Virus record (IMG/VR): IMGVR_UViG_3300009149_000024 | Coordinates: 7,775 to 71,774 of that record | Source: a virus | Direction: 5' to 3' (one strand) | Length of the DNA stretch: 64,000 nt | Shown here: in pieces, positions 33,401-42,780 of the stretch | Layout of the letters: every line of letters begins with the position of its first letter | Numbering within the stretch: position 1 is the first letter of the stretch | Position numbers and translations under genes: made by a program | The notes under the pieces: generated by a model | Database searches by the model: none | What the model was told of the DNA's origin: nothing | What the model saw: the letters and a program-made list of their open reading frames with translations, nothing else

Positions 33401-36199
33401 CTTTATGACTTCATGCTAGAGTATGATCAAGATGGTCAATTTACCGGTTTTTATACTCAAAAAATTGGTATACAATATACAAATATTCAAGAAGGATTAA
33501 GAAGTAAACTTTATGATAATGCAGGTCAACCTTATGAATATAGAGATGTTACTGATTTAAGTAAAGCAAAGCCGGAAGATATTCAATTTAACATAGAGTT
33601 AGCTAAAAATAAAGCTACCTTTGGTAAATTCTTTCAAGCTGAAACTGTAGCTGAAGATGGTACTATAACTAGCGGTGAGTTTCATAAATATACTCAAGAA
33701 TTTATTGATGTTAGAAATAAATTTGAAACACCAAAAATATCTAACAACAAACAATATATTACATGGGTAAGAAAAGCTGGTATTTCAGAAAGAGATTGGA
33801 GTATTTATCAAAATAAATACTATGATTTTAGTGATTATACAAAAGCAATTAAAGTTAATGGTGAGCCAACAGGTGCTATAACAAAAAAGGTGGCAGCTGC
33901 ATTTCCAAAGGTTAAATTTAGAGAAGCCTTAGAAATAAGTAATCCTAAAGAAGGTCAACCTCAAGACATGCGTAGTGAAAAGTATAGAGCACTAATGGAT
34001 CCTACTAAAACAGATGCATTAAGTGTTGCTCAAAAAGATTTTTACAACATGTTTATAAAATACTATGAGAAAGAACTATTAAATAAATTACCACAAGGAA
34101 TTAGAAATCAAATGACAGGCCGTGTTCCTGTTGTTAAAAATAATATTTTAGATACATTAAAAGATCAACCAAATGTTGTAACTAAAATGTATGCTAATTT
34201 TGTTAGATCTGTTAAGAATTTTACTCAAGAAACAGCAACTCAAAAGAATGTTGCCTTTGATGAGAATGGTAATTTTGTCAATGCTCTTCCTGTTTATTAT
34301 ACAGGTAAGTTAAGAGTTGATGATGAACTTAAAGAAGTTGAAACACAGATAACAGCATTACAAGATAAAAGCAGAAAGGGTACAATTACTCCAGATGCAT
34401 ATAAAAGAGAGTTGGCTTTACTTAATGGTAAAGCTAAACAACTTAGAAGTCAACCATCATTAGGTGAACTTAATAAAGATATGACTAATGCTTTACTTAA
34501 GTTTAGTGCAATGGCTGAACATTATGAAGTAATGGGTGAGATTGAAGATACACTTACAGCTATGGTGGATGTTATTAAAAAAAGAAAATATACATCTGCT
34601 GATCCGGCAATAAGTTTAGGTACTACTGTTGACAGTAAGTTTAAAACGGCAGGAACAATTAAAGGTGTTGATTCAAATGCCCTAAGAAGAGCTAAAAAGT
34701 ATATGTCAATGATTTATTATGACAATGAACTTGTATCTAAAGGGATGTTTGATAAGTTAGCTGATGAACTTATTGGTGTTTCTTCATTAGCTTATGTAGC
34801 ATTTAACCCATTTGGTAACTTTAATAACTATGTTATGGGTAGAATCAATAATGGTATTGAAGTTTTAGGTAGCAGATACTTTCCTAAAAAAGATTATGTA
34901 AGAGCAACAAGAGAGTATAATACAGAAGGTGTTAAAGGATTGTTAGATAGAGTTTCTGCCGGTGCAACTGATTTAGCTGATATAGCTACTTTAGGAAAAA
35001 CAGGTTTAAAGAAAGCTGACTATAATTCTGATTTACCTAATAATAAATATGAAGCTTTAGTAGACTTTTTTAGAATGATGGATAAAGCTACAGACATACG
35101 TGAAAGTACTTCTGAGTTTGATAGCAAATCAATATGGTCAAGATTTAAAGAGTGGGGTTATGTAATGCAAGATGCTGCTGAATATAATGTTCAAACTAAA
35201 GTTGGTATAGCAATGGTCATGGCTAATACAATTAAAAATAGCACAACTGGTGAAACATTATCTCTTTATGATGCATTTGAATATAATGCAACAACACATA
35301 AAGTAGAATTAATAGAAGGTTATGATACTATTGTAAATAAAAATGGAACAGAACAACCATATACCGATCAGTTTAGATATGATTTAAGAAATGAAATTAG
35401 AGAAGTAAATAAGCAAATTCATGGTAACTATGCTAAAGAAGACAGAATGGTTTTACAAAATAACACTCTGGGTAATTTAGCAACACAATTTCATAAATGG
35501 GTGGCACCTGCAATTAGAGCTAGATTTAGAAGAGAATACTTTGATCAAAATTTAGGTTGGATGGAAGGCCGCTATAGAGCTTGGTGGAAATTCATGGGTC
35601 ATGTTAAACGTGAAATGGTACGTGGTAATGTTAGTATAAATCCTGCTAACTATGCAGAAAGCTTTAAAGAAGCTTATGGCTTTACAGGTGAAGGTGGTAA
35701 CTTAGATCAAAAAGCTGAAGATAAAATGAGAGGTTTTTATAGAACAACTGGAGAACTAGGTATTATGCTAAGTGTTGTTGTATTAAATTCATTGATGGCC
35801 GGTTTACTTGCTAATGATGATGATGACAGTGAATTACAAAAAAGACTGAAAAATGTAATAAGACTTCAGGGAGACAGAACATACAAAGAAATGGTGTTGT
35901 TTACAATGGTGTTACCACAGAGTCAACAACAATTATATGCAATGATGAAATCTCCAATTGCAACTACCAGAACTCTGGGTGAATTAGGTGAAGCATTAGA
36001 GTTAAGTGTTCAAACACCTTTGGCTTGGCTTTATCAAAGTGAAGCAGACTTTAAAAATAATTCAGATTATGTATATCAAAATAAACCAAATAAAGGAAAA
36101 CTAAAGGTTTATAAAAATTGGGTAGATGTAATACCTCTTTTAAGAACCATACAGAAATGGGAAAACATGCTTAAAGCACAAGACTTCTACATTAAGTAA
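30425..36199 (+). CDS. large ejected virion protein with PD-(D/E)XK nuclease-like domain
   Basis: 1924 aa following vRNAP; LAGTADLVIIDEYGRIRIVDLKTS...QHNLQVNLY motif; degenerate zincin-like EEMLH. Confidence 0.7.
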   Translation: MARCPNKNAPEYKALQEVYKSEIATNNIINTWQDANNTDVFPTVVEAKQFAKNNKVAFALKQKTFAESLLNNLREKKLIHTEFGLNLINASDPNVFYTERVADPVVVEDNKRKIEQYLKTNNIPLDAVSIIKTNKTYKVIVDQNVFTPKDLLPSSRAWDTPRSRAVVMHLMRMFPDVKVKMLSPTEAEAIYNTIPKWQKSKVNFKNVNSFYFNNVAYLVRGRVTDETAIEEMLHPFTDAIKIDNPQLFNSLLTEAKANFPEMVQSINEAYNGNRNFSQVERDLEIVTQALSRHFNNEYESTPTKKFLDKIKEALDWFLNVINNLNEYITGKPLSVKSINNKTTFTDIAKLLNTEGISFNLGSSSNGKVRYSLSPAKQKIVNKALEEANPIQAEIIKKLFHVAINSKQEIDSLSANLSDTTSANTIVVLNQEDHTYVDITNREIYKSVTTAIKGQLANQEDVELNLAVGNDVDGLLDSIISNESFDEAFLKMKSINRETAEKMFDLLQDQITQLKPLNSIAISQVVVYDEATKLAGTADLVIIDEYGRIRIVDLKTSKNSIYDMSTVASIKNKIPGRKSGTRYEVVEYELKEDVPALDKNGKPILNPDGSPKVFLGSDLKKIHGVDALSTRAQHNLQVNLYRRMFQNMGYNVYEGDAGAVTFHIQADITGKGKNQVFNNKFRLDGRVEHPISQNLLYVDMLVPSIEVLDKNINIAENAIYRGDQDLEAMEQLADTVEAQQYSEYNTITTALENYILALVEQNKALDKLKNNVFRDRTKEQTRDDIASTLAYISSNINTGPIARSQTYTQLLRSSLNQMQKFREFVEDPANVNKPEYITYVLNFQRFLSTFDALYSIKDSKELNATQRTLVLQMQLEHNKLVGTNNSEGLINDAILNFVKETIRLRSSNDWGGKGSAFTQEMLDDLMVMAPDIAIDALQAQDMATQKDPILAVMDKIYKSQKQKLLDRIEEREYSIRNAGNTLLKLSGNKDLQKLYDFMLEYDQDGQFTGFYTQKIGIQYTNIQEGLRSKLYDNAGQPYEYRDVTDLSKAKPEDIQFNIELAKNKATFGKFFQAETVAEDGTITSGEFHKYTQEFIDVRNKFETPKISNNKQYITWVRKAGISERDWSIYQNKYYDFSDYTKAIKVNGEPTGAITKKVAAAFPKVKFREALEISNPKEGQPQDMRSEKYRALMDPTKTDALSVAQKDFYNMFIKYYEKELLNKLPQGIRNQMTGRVPVVKNNILDTLKDQPNVVTKMYANFVRSVKNFTQETATQKNVAFDENGNFVNALPVYYTGKLRVDDELKEVETQITALQDKSRKGTITPDAYKRELALLNGKAKQLRSQPSLGELNKDMTNALLKFSAMAEHYEVMGEIEDTLTAMVDVIKKRKYTSADPAISLGTTVDSKFKTAGTIKGVDSNALRRAKKYMSMIYYDNELVSKGMFDKLADELIGVSSLAYVAFNPFGNFNNYVMGRINNGIEVLGSRYFPKKDYVRATREYNTEGVKGLLDRVSAGATDLADIATLGKTGLKKADYNSDLPNNKYEALVDFFRMMDKATDIRESTSEFDSKSIWSRFKEWGYVMQDAAEYNVQTKVGIAMVMANTIKNSTTGETLSLYDAFEYNATTHKVELIEGYDTIVNKNGTEQPYTDQFRYDLRNEIREVNKQIHGNYAKEDRMVLQNNTLGNLATQFHKWVAPAIRARFRREYFDQNLGWMEGRYRAWWKFMGHVKREMVRGNVSINPANYAESFKEAYGFTGEGGNLDQKAEDKMRGFYRTTGELGIMLSVVVLNSLMAGLLANDDDDSELQKRLKNVIRLQGDRTYKEMVLFTMVLPQSQQQLYAMMKSPIATTRTLGELGEALELSVQTPLAWLYQSEADFKNNSDYVYQNKPNKGKLKVYKNWVDVIPLLRTIQKWENMLKAQDFYIK

Positions 36200-36275
36200 T
36201 TATATGCAAATGCATATTGCAATACACAATATAGCTAACGCAAAATACTATATGTAGAAACATATAATGAATGAA

Positions 36276-36318
36276 AAAGCCATCATTAAACCCTAAAAAA
36301 GGACTTAGTGATGGCTTT
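36276..36318. terminator. probable bidirectional intrinsic terminator
   Basis: inverted repeat AAAGCCATCATTAA / TTAGTGATGGCTTT between convergent genes. Confidence 0.65.
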
Positions 36319-36349
36319 AACATACATTAAATAAACCTATAGGTTGATT

Positions 36350-37975
36350 TTATCCTTCACAACTTGCACAATCTAAAATATTTCTGGCAAATTCTTGAGC
36401 TGAACTTTGACTAAATTGATAGTATAAAGTTTTAACTCCTTCCTCATGCGCGTATAAATACAATTGATTGATATCTTTAGCTGGAACAGATGGGTGAATC
36501 ATTAAGTTAAGTGACTTAGACTGATCAATAAACTTTTGTCTTTGAGCTGCCTGCAAGATTAACTCTTTAGGGGTGATCTCAATGAATGACTTGAATACTG
36601 TTTTTGTAGGAAAATCTAAGTGTTGAACTGAGCCATCTTTTTTCAAGATGCTTTTCCATACTTCCGGGGTATTCATACCATACTTATCTAACTCACACTC
36701 TAGGAAAGGATTCTTATAGATAGTCTTAGACTTGGCCAAATCTTTAATAAAATAATTAGACTTGATTGGTTCAATTCCCATACTTACCTGTCCCAAGATA
36801 AATGAGCTTGACTTGGTAGGAGCAATTGCAATCAATGTTGAATTGGCATAACCTTTTCTAATTGACTCAACACCTTTAGAATCATGCAACCATTTAGAGG
36901 CTGCCTCACTTTTCTCTTTAAGTGCTATAAAGATCTGAGAGTTTAACATCTTAGCTTCCAAGGAATCAAAGTCAATTAACTTAGATTGGAACAGTGAATG
37001 GTATCCTAATACGCCTAAACCAATTGTTTTGTGTTGACTTGCAAATCTATATGCTCTCTTCATACCGGGCATTACTGCAGACTTCTTAATGAACTCATCC
37101 ATCACAGCATTTAAGAATAATGTGTAAGTTTCAATAGCGTCTGTGTTTTTCATCTCTTCCCAGTGCAGCAGGTTGATAGATCCTAAGCAACAAACAAATG
37201 AGTTAAATGAATCTGTTGGCAACTGAATCTCAGAACATAAATTGCTAGCAGTAATTTCAAGACCCAATTCTTTATAAGGAGTATTGTTATTTGAATTGTC
37301 TTTGAACATAATGTATGGAAAACCAAACTCATTACGTCTTTGAATTACCTTAGCCCATATTTTACGTTTGTCCCCATCACCAGCTTTCATTTCTTCAAGC
37401 CACTTGTCAGTTACTGTAACACCATATTGTAGATTTTGTATTGGGTTTCCCTCAGTACCAATATCTAAGAACTCTAAGGCATCTGAATGCTCTAATGGTA
37501 ACCATACCGCGCATGCTCCTCTTCTTGCTTCAGATTGCTTGCATACATCTACTGTGGTATCATAAAGTTTAGCATAATGTATTGGTCCATCTGCATGGCC
37601 CCCGGTTGAAATGACAGCACCTCTTGGTCTGATGTTACCCAAATAGACACTTGTTCCTCCGCCATACTTTGACATTAAACCAATCTCACGACCACCATTC
37701 AGGATACTATCTAATGAATCATCTACATTAGACCCATAACAACTAATAGGTAAACCTTTTTGTTTACCAAAGTTAATCCACACCGGGGTAGACAGACTAT
37801 AAAATCCTCTGGCCATATAGTCTTCAAACTTCTGAGCAAAGCCTTCAATCTTCAAATACTTTTCAGCAATTGTTGCAATGTCTTTGATTCTTTGCTCCGG
37901 GGTTTCTGTTATATAACCTCTTGACAAAAAGGTGCGGCTATCTTCATTGAGCCAGTAATATTTTTTATATTCCAT
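36350..37975 (-). CDS. nrdA: ribonucleotide reductase class I alpha subunit (short, no apparent ATP-cone)
   Basis: ASNLCSEI catalytic loop, IAIAPTKSSS, GVKTLYY, C-terminal CASCEG. Confidence 0.93.
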   Translation of the reverse strand: MEYKKYYWLNEDSRTFLSRGYITETPEQRIKDIATIAEKYLKIEGFAQKFEDYMARGFYSLSTPVWINFGKQKGLPISCYGSNVDDSLDSILNGGREIGLMSKYGGGTSVYLGNIRPRGAVISTGGHADGPIHYAKLYDTTVDVCKQSEARRGACAVWLPLEHSDALEFLDIGTEGNPIQNLQYGVTVTDKWLEEMKAGDGDKRKIWAKVIQRRNEFGFPYIMFKDNSNNNTPYKELGLEITASNLCSEIQLPTDSFNSFVCCLGSINLLHWEEMKNTDAIETYTLFLNAVMDEFIKKSAVMPGMKRAYRFASQHKTIGLGVLGYHSLFQSKLIDFDSLEAKMLNSQIFIALKEKSEAASKWLHDSKGVESIRKGYANSTLIAIAPTKSSSFILGQVSMGIEPIKSNYFIKDLAKSKTIYKNPFLECELDKYGMNTPEVWKSILKKDGSVQHLDFPTKTVFKSFIEITPKELILQAAQRQKFIDQSKSLNLMIHPSVPAKDINQLYLYAHEEGVKTLYYQFSQSSAQEFARNILDCASCEG

Positions 37976-37989
37976 ATTAATTTTATTAA

Positions 37990-38232
37990 TTATATAGAAA
38001 ACTCTTGTTCGTGAACAAGTTCTCCTACTTTTACTTTATTTATTTTATAAAAAATTACATTATTGTCTATTGATTCAAATTCTATAGCTTTCTTATAGCA
38101 ATAATCAATTTTATATGCTACTGATATTACTACAGTTTTTGAATTACATTTAGCCATTCCCATGTAAATATACTCTCCTAACTTAAAATCAGGTTCATTT
38201 GCTTTGTTTAATTCATTCTTAAAATAAGTCAT
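37990..38232 (-). CDS. hypothetical protein
   Basis: 80-aa ORF between nrdB and nrdA, same strand, overlapping nrdB end. Confidence 0.55.
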   Translation of the reverse strand: MTYFKNELNKANEPDFKLGEYIYMGMAKCNSKTVVISVAYKIDYCYKKAIEFESIDNNVIFYKINKVKVGELVHEQEFSI

Positions 38233-39199
38233 CTTCTGTTATACTTTTGCTTTTTTTGTTATAATCTACACTTTTCTTGTAAAAGAAGTCACCTTCTTTT
38301 GTTGAAAGAATCTCAATGTTAAACCACTGAGTTTTTTCAAGTAGTTCATTATCAACCTCAAACAAGGCTTTCATACCTATGTTTTGTAGTGAATTATTGA
38401 ATCTGTCTTTGATAAAATGCTGTATTGTTTCTTTAGAAAGAAAAGATAACTCTCCTTTTTCAAAGATCCAGTCTAGTATTTTGCACTCAGCTTCATAAGC
38501 TTTCTGACATGCAGAATCTATAAGTTGCTCAAACTCAGCATCAAACCATTCAGGATTTTCTTTTTTGATGATGTTAATCAGTTCAGCTCCAAAGTTTCCG
38601 TGGATTTCTTCTTCTTTACTTGTTGCCTCAACCACATTTGAGATACCCTTAAACAGGTTCTTTTCTTTGTTAAAAGACATCATAATTAAGAATTGGCTAA
38701 ACAAACTAACATGCTCAATGAATAAAGAAAATAAAAGTACTGATTTGGTGTACATCTTATTGTCTTTACTTCTGGTGCCATCTAGGTATTTAGTAAGATA
38801 TGCTATTCTGTCTTTGATAGCGGGGATTTCTACTACATGTTGGAACTCTTTTTCAAGACCTAAGATTCTAAGTAGTTGTGCATAGGCATCTTTGTGTCTT
38901 ACTTCAGATTCAGCAAACGTCATACCTACATCTCCAATCTCAGTGATTGGCATTCTTTTGTAAAGATCTGCCCAGAATGTTTTAACATTAACTTCAATTT
39001 GAGCAATTGCTAGCATGGACCTTTTGATTACTTCTCTTTCTTTAGAGTCAATTGTAATCTTAAAATCTTGGATATCTTCAGTAAAATTAAACTCAGTATG
39101 TATCCAATACGAGTGTCTAATAGCATCTTTATATGCTAGTAATTGAGGGTATTCATACGGCAATATGTTTACCCGTGGTAAGAAAATGTTTTTGTTCAT
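38219..39199 (-). CDS. nrdB: ribonucleotide reductase class I beta subunit
   Basis: ESEVRHKDAY, IEHVSLFSQF, KEEEIH di-metal ligands; C-terminal DFFYKKSVDY. Confidence 0.93.
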   Translation of the reverse strand: MNKNIFLPRVNILPYEYPQLLAYKDAIRHSYWIHTEFNFTEDIQDFKITIDSKEREVIKRSMLAIAQIEVNVKTFWADLYKRMPITEIGDVGMTFAESEVRHKDAYAQLLRILGLEKEFQHVVEIPAIKDRIAYLTKYLDGTRSKDNKMYTKSVLLFSLFIEHVSLFSQFLIMMSFNKEKNLFKGISNVVEATSKEEEIHGNFGAELINIIKKENPEWFDAEFEQLIDSACQKAYEAECKILDWIFEKGELSFLSKETIQHFIKDRFNNSLQNIGMKALFEVDNELLEKTQWFNIEILSTKEGDFFYKKSVDYNKKSKSITEDDLF

Positions 39200-39276
39200 A
39201 AAATTGTATTTTTGAATTTTAAAGTTCTATGAAAGAACTTGATGGTATATATAATTTACTAAAAATAAAGGAAATT

Positions 39277-39471
39277 TTACTTACTATTATGCATATTTGC
39301 ATAGCTAATTGTAAAAAATATAAAGCCTATTTCTAATCCAGTGACAAGACGGTATCTGTCATCTTCACATAAAACTTCACAGTTTATAAGTTTAAGGCCA
39401 AGTATAGGTTCTGTTGGTAGAAATTCTACATTGAACCTATTTCTAAAAATTAAAGGGTTTACTTTATTCAT
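39277..39471 (-). CDS. hypothetical protein
   Basis: ATG at 39471 (MNKVNP...), leads the nrdB-nrdA unit. Confidence 0.5.
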   Translation of the reverse strand: MNKVNPLIFRNRFNVEFLPTEPILGLKLINCEVLCEDDRYRLVTGLEIGFIFFTISYANMHNSK

Positions 39472-39579
39472 AATGAATTTTTTTGATTTAAAAAAGTTAA
39501 TAAGTAACAATTATTTTGTATATTATAAGTGTATAGCCAGGGAAATACCATTGGCAAATATAAGATATATATATTTATA

Positions 39580-39966
39580 ATGAAGAGTAGAATACTTAAT
39601 ATTTTCAGTTACTATGACACTGAACCAATGGAAATACTCATTGGTTTAATATGGCTCATCATGCTGCCAATCATATGGTGCTTTGAGTTTTCTTGTAACT
39701 TATTTGTCATAATCCCAAGCATTTTGCTTGGAATAGCTATGATTAAAGCAACTTGTTCTCATCCAATTAAAGTAAGAAAGACTTTATCTTACGGGTCATT
39801 TATTTTTTCCATTTTTGTAGTTTTAGGATTTATATTTAATGGAGTAATGACTAATCCCACTCATTGGTTATGGTTTCTACCATCAATTATATCTTTTTTA
39901 AACCTAACATCAATGACATCAAAATATTATAGAAAACAAAAACAAAGTAGCAATGACATCATATGA
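39580..39966 (+). CDS. membrane protein, 4 predicted TM (holin-like)
   Basis: ATG at 39580; four hydrophobic stretches and a basic C-tail. Confidence 0.55.
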   Translation: MKSRILNIFSYYDTEPMEILIGLIWLIMLPIIWCFEFSCNLFVIIPSILLGIAMIKATCSHPIKVRKTLSYGSFIFSIFVVLGFIFNGVMTNPTHWLWFLPSIISFLNLTSMTSKYYRKQKQSSNDII

Positions 39967-40267
39967 TAATGTAACAACCGTATTAGTCACAATAATGACT
40001 GTCCTATTCTCTGCAGGAGCGTGGAAATTTTATGAAAAAAGAATAAAGTTAAAAACTGAGTTAGAACGGGAAGATAGAAGTGATCAGAATATGTATAGAG
40101 ATGATTTAAGAGATAGAGTCAGAAGACTTGAGCAATTATTAACAGATAGTGCGGTTGAAAAAGATTTGACGAGAGATCAGATCCTTTCACTTACTAAAGA
40201 AGTAAGTACGCTGCATGTTAAGGTTGAATATTTAGAGAAAGAGAATCAGAGACTTAAGAATATTTAA
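39953..40267 (+). CDS. single-TM coiled-coil protein (holin-like)
   Basis: N-terminal TM (VTTVLVTIMTVLFSAGAW) followed by heptad coiled coil. Confidence 0.55.
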   Translation: MTSYDNVTTVLVTIMTVLFSAGAWKFYEKRIKLKTELEREDRSDQNMYRDDLRDRVRRLEQLLTDSAVEKDLTRDQILSLTKEVSTLHVKVEYLEKENQRLKNI

Positions 40268-40344
40268 TCTAATTTCTTATATTTGTCTATACAAATTATA
40301 ATGTGTATATTATATATAAGTAAGATTAACTAAAATTAAAAAAT

Positions 40345-40581
40345 ATGTTTAAAAAATTATTACATGCTGTATGGACTTTTTCATTAGAAAAAGGATGGAA
40401 CTGGATCTGGTCAAAGACTGAGATTGATGAAAAAGCAATTGAGGTTGTAGAAGAAATCCAATATAGAAAAGTATTAGTAAAAGAAGAACTTAAGGATGTT
40501 GTTAATGCTGTTAAAGGTATTCCAAGCAAACCTAAAAAGAAATATTACAAACCAAAAGCCAAAGCAGAACCAAAAAAATAA
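40345..40581 (+). CDS. hypothetical protein with basic C-tail
   Basis: 78-aa ORF in operon order, preceded by TGTATATT motif. Confidence 0.55.
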   Translation: MFKKLLHAVWTFSLEKGWNWIWSKTEIDEKAIEVVEEIQYRKVLVKEELKDVVNAVKGIPSKPKKKYYKPKAKAEPKK

Positions 40582-40583
40582 TT

Positions 40584-40913
40584 ATGGTTGATTTGTATAA
40601 ACTTTATAAGTTTTTTAAAGAACAATGGCTAGGTAGTATATTAATTATAGTTTGGCTAATTTCTGTATTTATATATCAACATAAAAAAAATGAGCTTCTT
40701 AATAAAGCATATATTTTAGAAGCTAAAGTTAAGGAGTTAGAGAATAAAACAAATGCTGAATTAAAAGGTGTAGATAGTTTAAAAACTATTGATACATTGA
40801 TTGTAACTAGAATTAAAATAATCAAACAAAAAGAATATGAAGAAATACGTATTATTGATTCCCTTCCTATTAGTGGGCTTCAAAGCTATTTCACAGAACG
40901 TTACCCAAAGTAA
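40584..40913 (+). CDS. inner-membrane spanin-like protein
   Basis: N-terminal TM plus coiled coil; next gene starts inside it in another frame. Confidence 0.5.
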   Translation: MVDLYKLYKFFKEQWLGSILIIVWLISVFIYQHKKNELLNKAYILEAKVKELENKTNAELKGVDSLKTIDTLIVTRIKIIKQKEYEEIRIIDSLPISGLQSYFTERYPK

Positions 40914-41313
40914 AGATTATGTAGTTATTCTTTCTGAAAGACAAGCTAGAGCAGTTGCTACTGATCTAGTTAGATATGATTTTTTAAAAAATATTTCAAA
41001 AGAACAAGAGAAAAGAATTGTAAACTTTGAAAAAATTATTATAAAATTAGAAAATACAATAAGCATAAAAGATAGCATTATATTTTACCAAAAGGATTAT
41101 ATTAGTGCGCAGAATGCAGTTTTAAATATAAAACCTAAACCACAATTCCATGCTTATCTTGGAGTTCAAAGTTCAGGATTTACTGTTAATACATCTTTAT
41201 TTTCTGGAAGAGTACTTTTAGAATGTAGAAAAATGAATTTTGGTGTTCAATATATAGGAATACCAACACTCAATAATCAATATGGGTTACTTGTAGAATA
41301 TAAATTATTTTAA
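40837..41313 (+). CDS. secreted coiled-coil protein with C-terminal beta-strand anchor (outer spanin-like)
   Basis: signal peptide MKKYVLLIPFLLVGFKAIS|Q, coiled coil, amphipathic strands ending YKLF. Confidence 0.5.
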   Translation: MKKYVLLIPFLLVGFKAISQNVTQSKDYVVILSERQARAVATDLVRYDFLKNISKEQEKRIVNFEKIIIKLENTISIKDSIIFYQKDYISAQNAVLNIKPKPQFHAYLGVQSSGFTVNTSLFSGRVLLECRKMNFGVQYIGIPTLNNQYGLLVEYKLF

Positions 41314-41317
41314 ACTA

Positions 41318-41455
41318 ATGGCAGCAAAAACACAAATAACAACACTTAAAACTATTACAAAAGTAAGTAGACCAGGTGTACACGCTAAGACTAAAACGTC
41401 TAAGTCAAAGACATCAAAAAATTATAAAAAACTATATAAAGGACAAGGAAGATGA
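41318..41455 (+). CDS. small basic protein (45 aa, ends YKGQGR)
   Basis: manually translated MAAKTQITTLKTITKVSRPGVHAKTKTSKSKTSKNYKKLYKGQGR; stop overlaps next ATG. Confidence 0.65.
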   Translation: MAAKTQITTLKTITKVSRPGVHAKTKTSKSKTSKNYKKLYKGQGR

Positions 41456-41598
41456 GAGACTGGGCATTAAAAATAGACTTTCACTGGCCACATCATAGGT
41501 TTGCATTAGGTTGGGATTATATTGCTCCTGATGTAGATTATGATTATAGTACGGCAAGAGTTTATCTTTTATTTATTACATTTACATTGGATTATTAA
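41452..41598 (+). CDS. hypothetical protein (48 aa)
   Basis: manually translated MRDWALKIDFHWPHHRFALGWDY...FITFTLDY; ATGA overlap with previous gene. Confidence 0.6.
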   Translation: MRDWALKIDFHWPHHRFALGWDYIAPDVDYDYSTARVYLLFITFTLDY

Positions 41599-41611
41599 AA
41601 AAATTAAAATT

Positions 41612-41896
41612 ATGAAAGCTCAAGGTTTACAACAAAGTAAGATATCTAAACAAAAAGTAAAACTTTTGTGTAGAGAAGGTGGGGAATTAGATGAAGCTAT
41701 GCAGGGATCTATGGTTGAAAAAATGAGAAAAGGTGGAGATGCTATGAGATATGCATCAAGTGCTGATGGTTCAACAAAAAAACAAGCTTATAAAATGGGA
41801 GGTTGGGTTCATTCTGAATCAAAACCATCTATGAAAAAATATAGAGGTGGTGGAGTACCAACTGCAATGATATATTCAGGTCCATCTAAAAAATAA
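41612..41896 (+). CDS. small basic protein with four xxGG motifs
   Basis: start reassigned to MKAQGLQ at 41612; motifs CREGG, MRKGG, YKMGG, YRGGG. Confidence 0.6.
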   Translation: MKAQGLQQSKISKQKVKLLCREGGELDEAMQGSMVEKMRKGGDAMRYASSADGSTKKQAYKMGGWVHSESKPSMKKYRGGGVPTAMIYSGPSKK

Positions 41897-41901
41897 AAAC
41901 T

Positions 41902-42501
41902 ATGAATATTTTAACTGACATATTAAGTTTAATTAGACGCGGGGTTTTCACTAAGGTGGCAAACCCTGAAGATGTTATTGTACTTGGTGTAAATGAACAA
42001 CCGGATATGACTGGTGTTGCTTCACCAATACCATACAAATCTGTTAAGCTAATTAAAGTTAAAGATCTAAAGATTGCATCAGCATTTTGTAATAATGAAA
42101 ATACTGATTTTCCAAAAACTGGCGTATTGGCAAATGTTTTTCAAAAACAAGAAATTGATCCTGTCACTAATGTTTGCACTAATTATTTTAGAACTTTGAA
42201 ATCATTAAGTACTAATCTTTCAATTAGTGAATCACTTGATAATGATTATGTTGAGTTTATTACAACAGGTGAACCTAATAGTGCAAGTAATCTAGGTACA
42301 GGTGCCGGTTTATATGCTAGTAAAACTGGTGAGACACTTAATTTTAAATCATTAAAAGGTACAGGTGTATCAATAACTCAATCAGGGACTGAGGTAACTA
42401 TAAATCATGCAACAAAACTTATATTAAATTCACCAGATGGAAGTATTTGGGAAGTTACTGTTAGTAATACCGGAGGGCTTCAAACTGTTTCAATAGGATA
42501 A
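41902..42501 (+). CDS. virion fibre/decoration-like protein
   Basis: 199 aa; FRTLKSLS and TLNFKSLKGTG repeats, C-terminal LILNSPDGSIWEVTVSNTGGL typical of fibre proteins. Confidence 0.5.
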   Translation: MNILTDILSLIRRGVFTKVANPEDVIVLGVNEQPDMTGVASPIPYKSVKLIKVKDLKIASAFCNNENTDFPKTGVLANVFQKQEIDPVTNVCTNYFRTLKSLSTNLSISESLDNDYVEFITTGEPNSASNLGTGAGLYASKTGETLNFKSLKGTGVSITQSGTEVTINHATKLILNSPDGSIWEVTVSNTGGLQTVSIG

Positions 42502-42503
42502 TT

Positions 42504-42770
42504 ATGGAAAAGAAAGAAAAAATAAGTTGGATTAAAGGTTTACTTCAAGATGAAAAGGGTGTTCCTTCATCAAAAAGATTTGTTGGTATTATATCAGGTC
42601 TTTGTTTGTCTTTCACACTTATTGTAAATCAATTTACTCCAAAATTAGTAGATCCATCTCCTGTATTAATCAATGCAGTTGCAATGTTAGCATTTGGTTG
42701 TTTAGGATTGGCTTCTGTAGATAAAATTTGGGATAAGAAAAATTCAGAAAATTTAAACAATAACCAATAA
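42504..42770 (+). CDS. 2-TM membrane protein (holin-like)
   Basis: SSKRFVG followed by two hydrophobic helices. Confidence 0.55.
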   Translation: MEKKEKISWIKGLLQDEKGVPSSKRFVGIISGLCLSFTLIVNQFTPKLVDPSPVLINAVAMLAFGCLGLASVDKIWDKKNSENLNNNQ

Positions 42771-42780
42771 ATCAAAAGAA

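Noticed and set aside
41540-41611. N-terminal extension of ORF 41540-41896
   Set aside because: It overlaps the 41452-41598 gene in another frame. The ATG at 41612 after an A-rich leader is more plausible.
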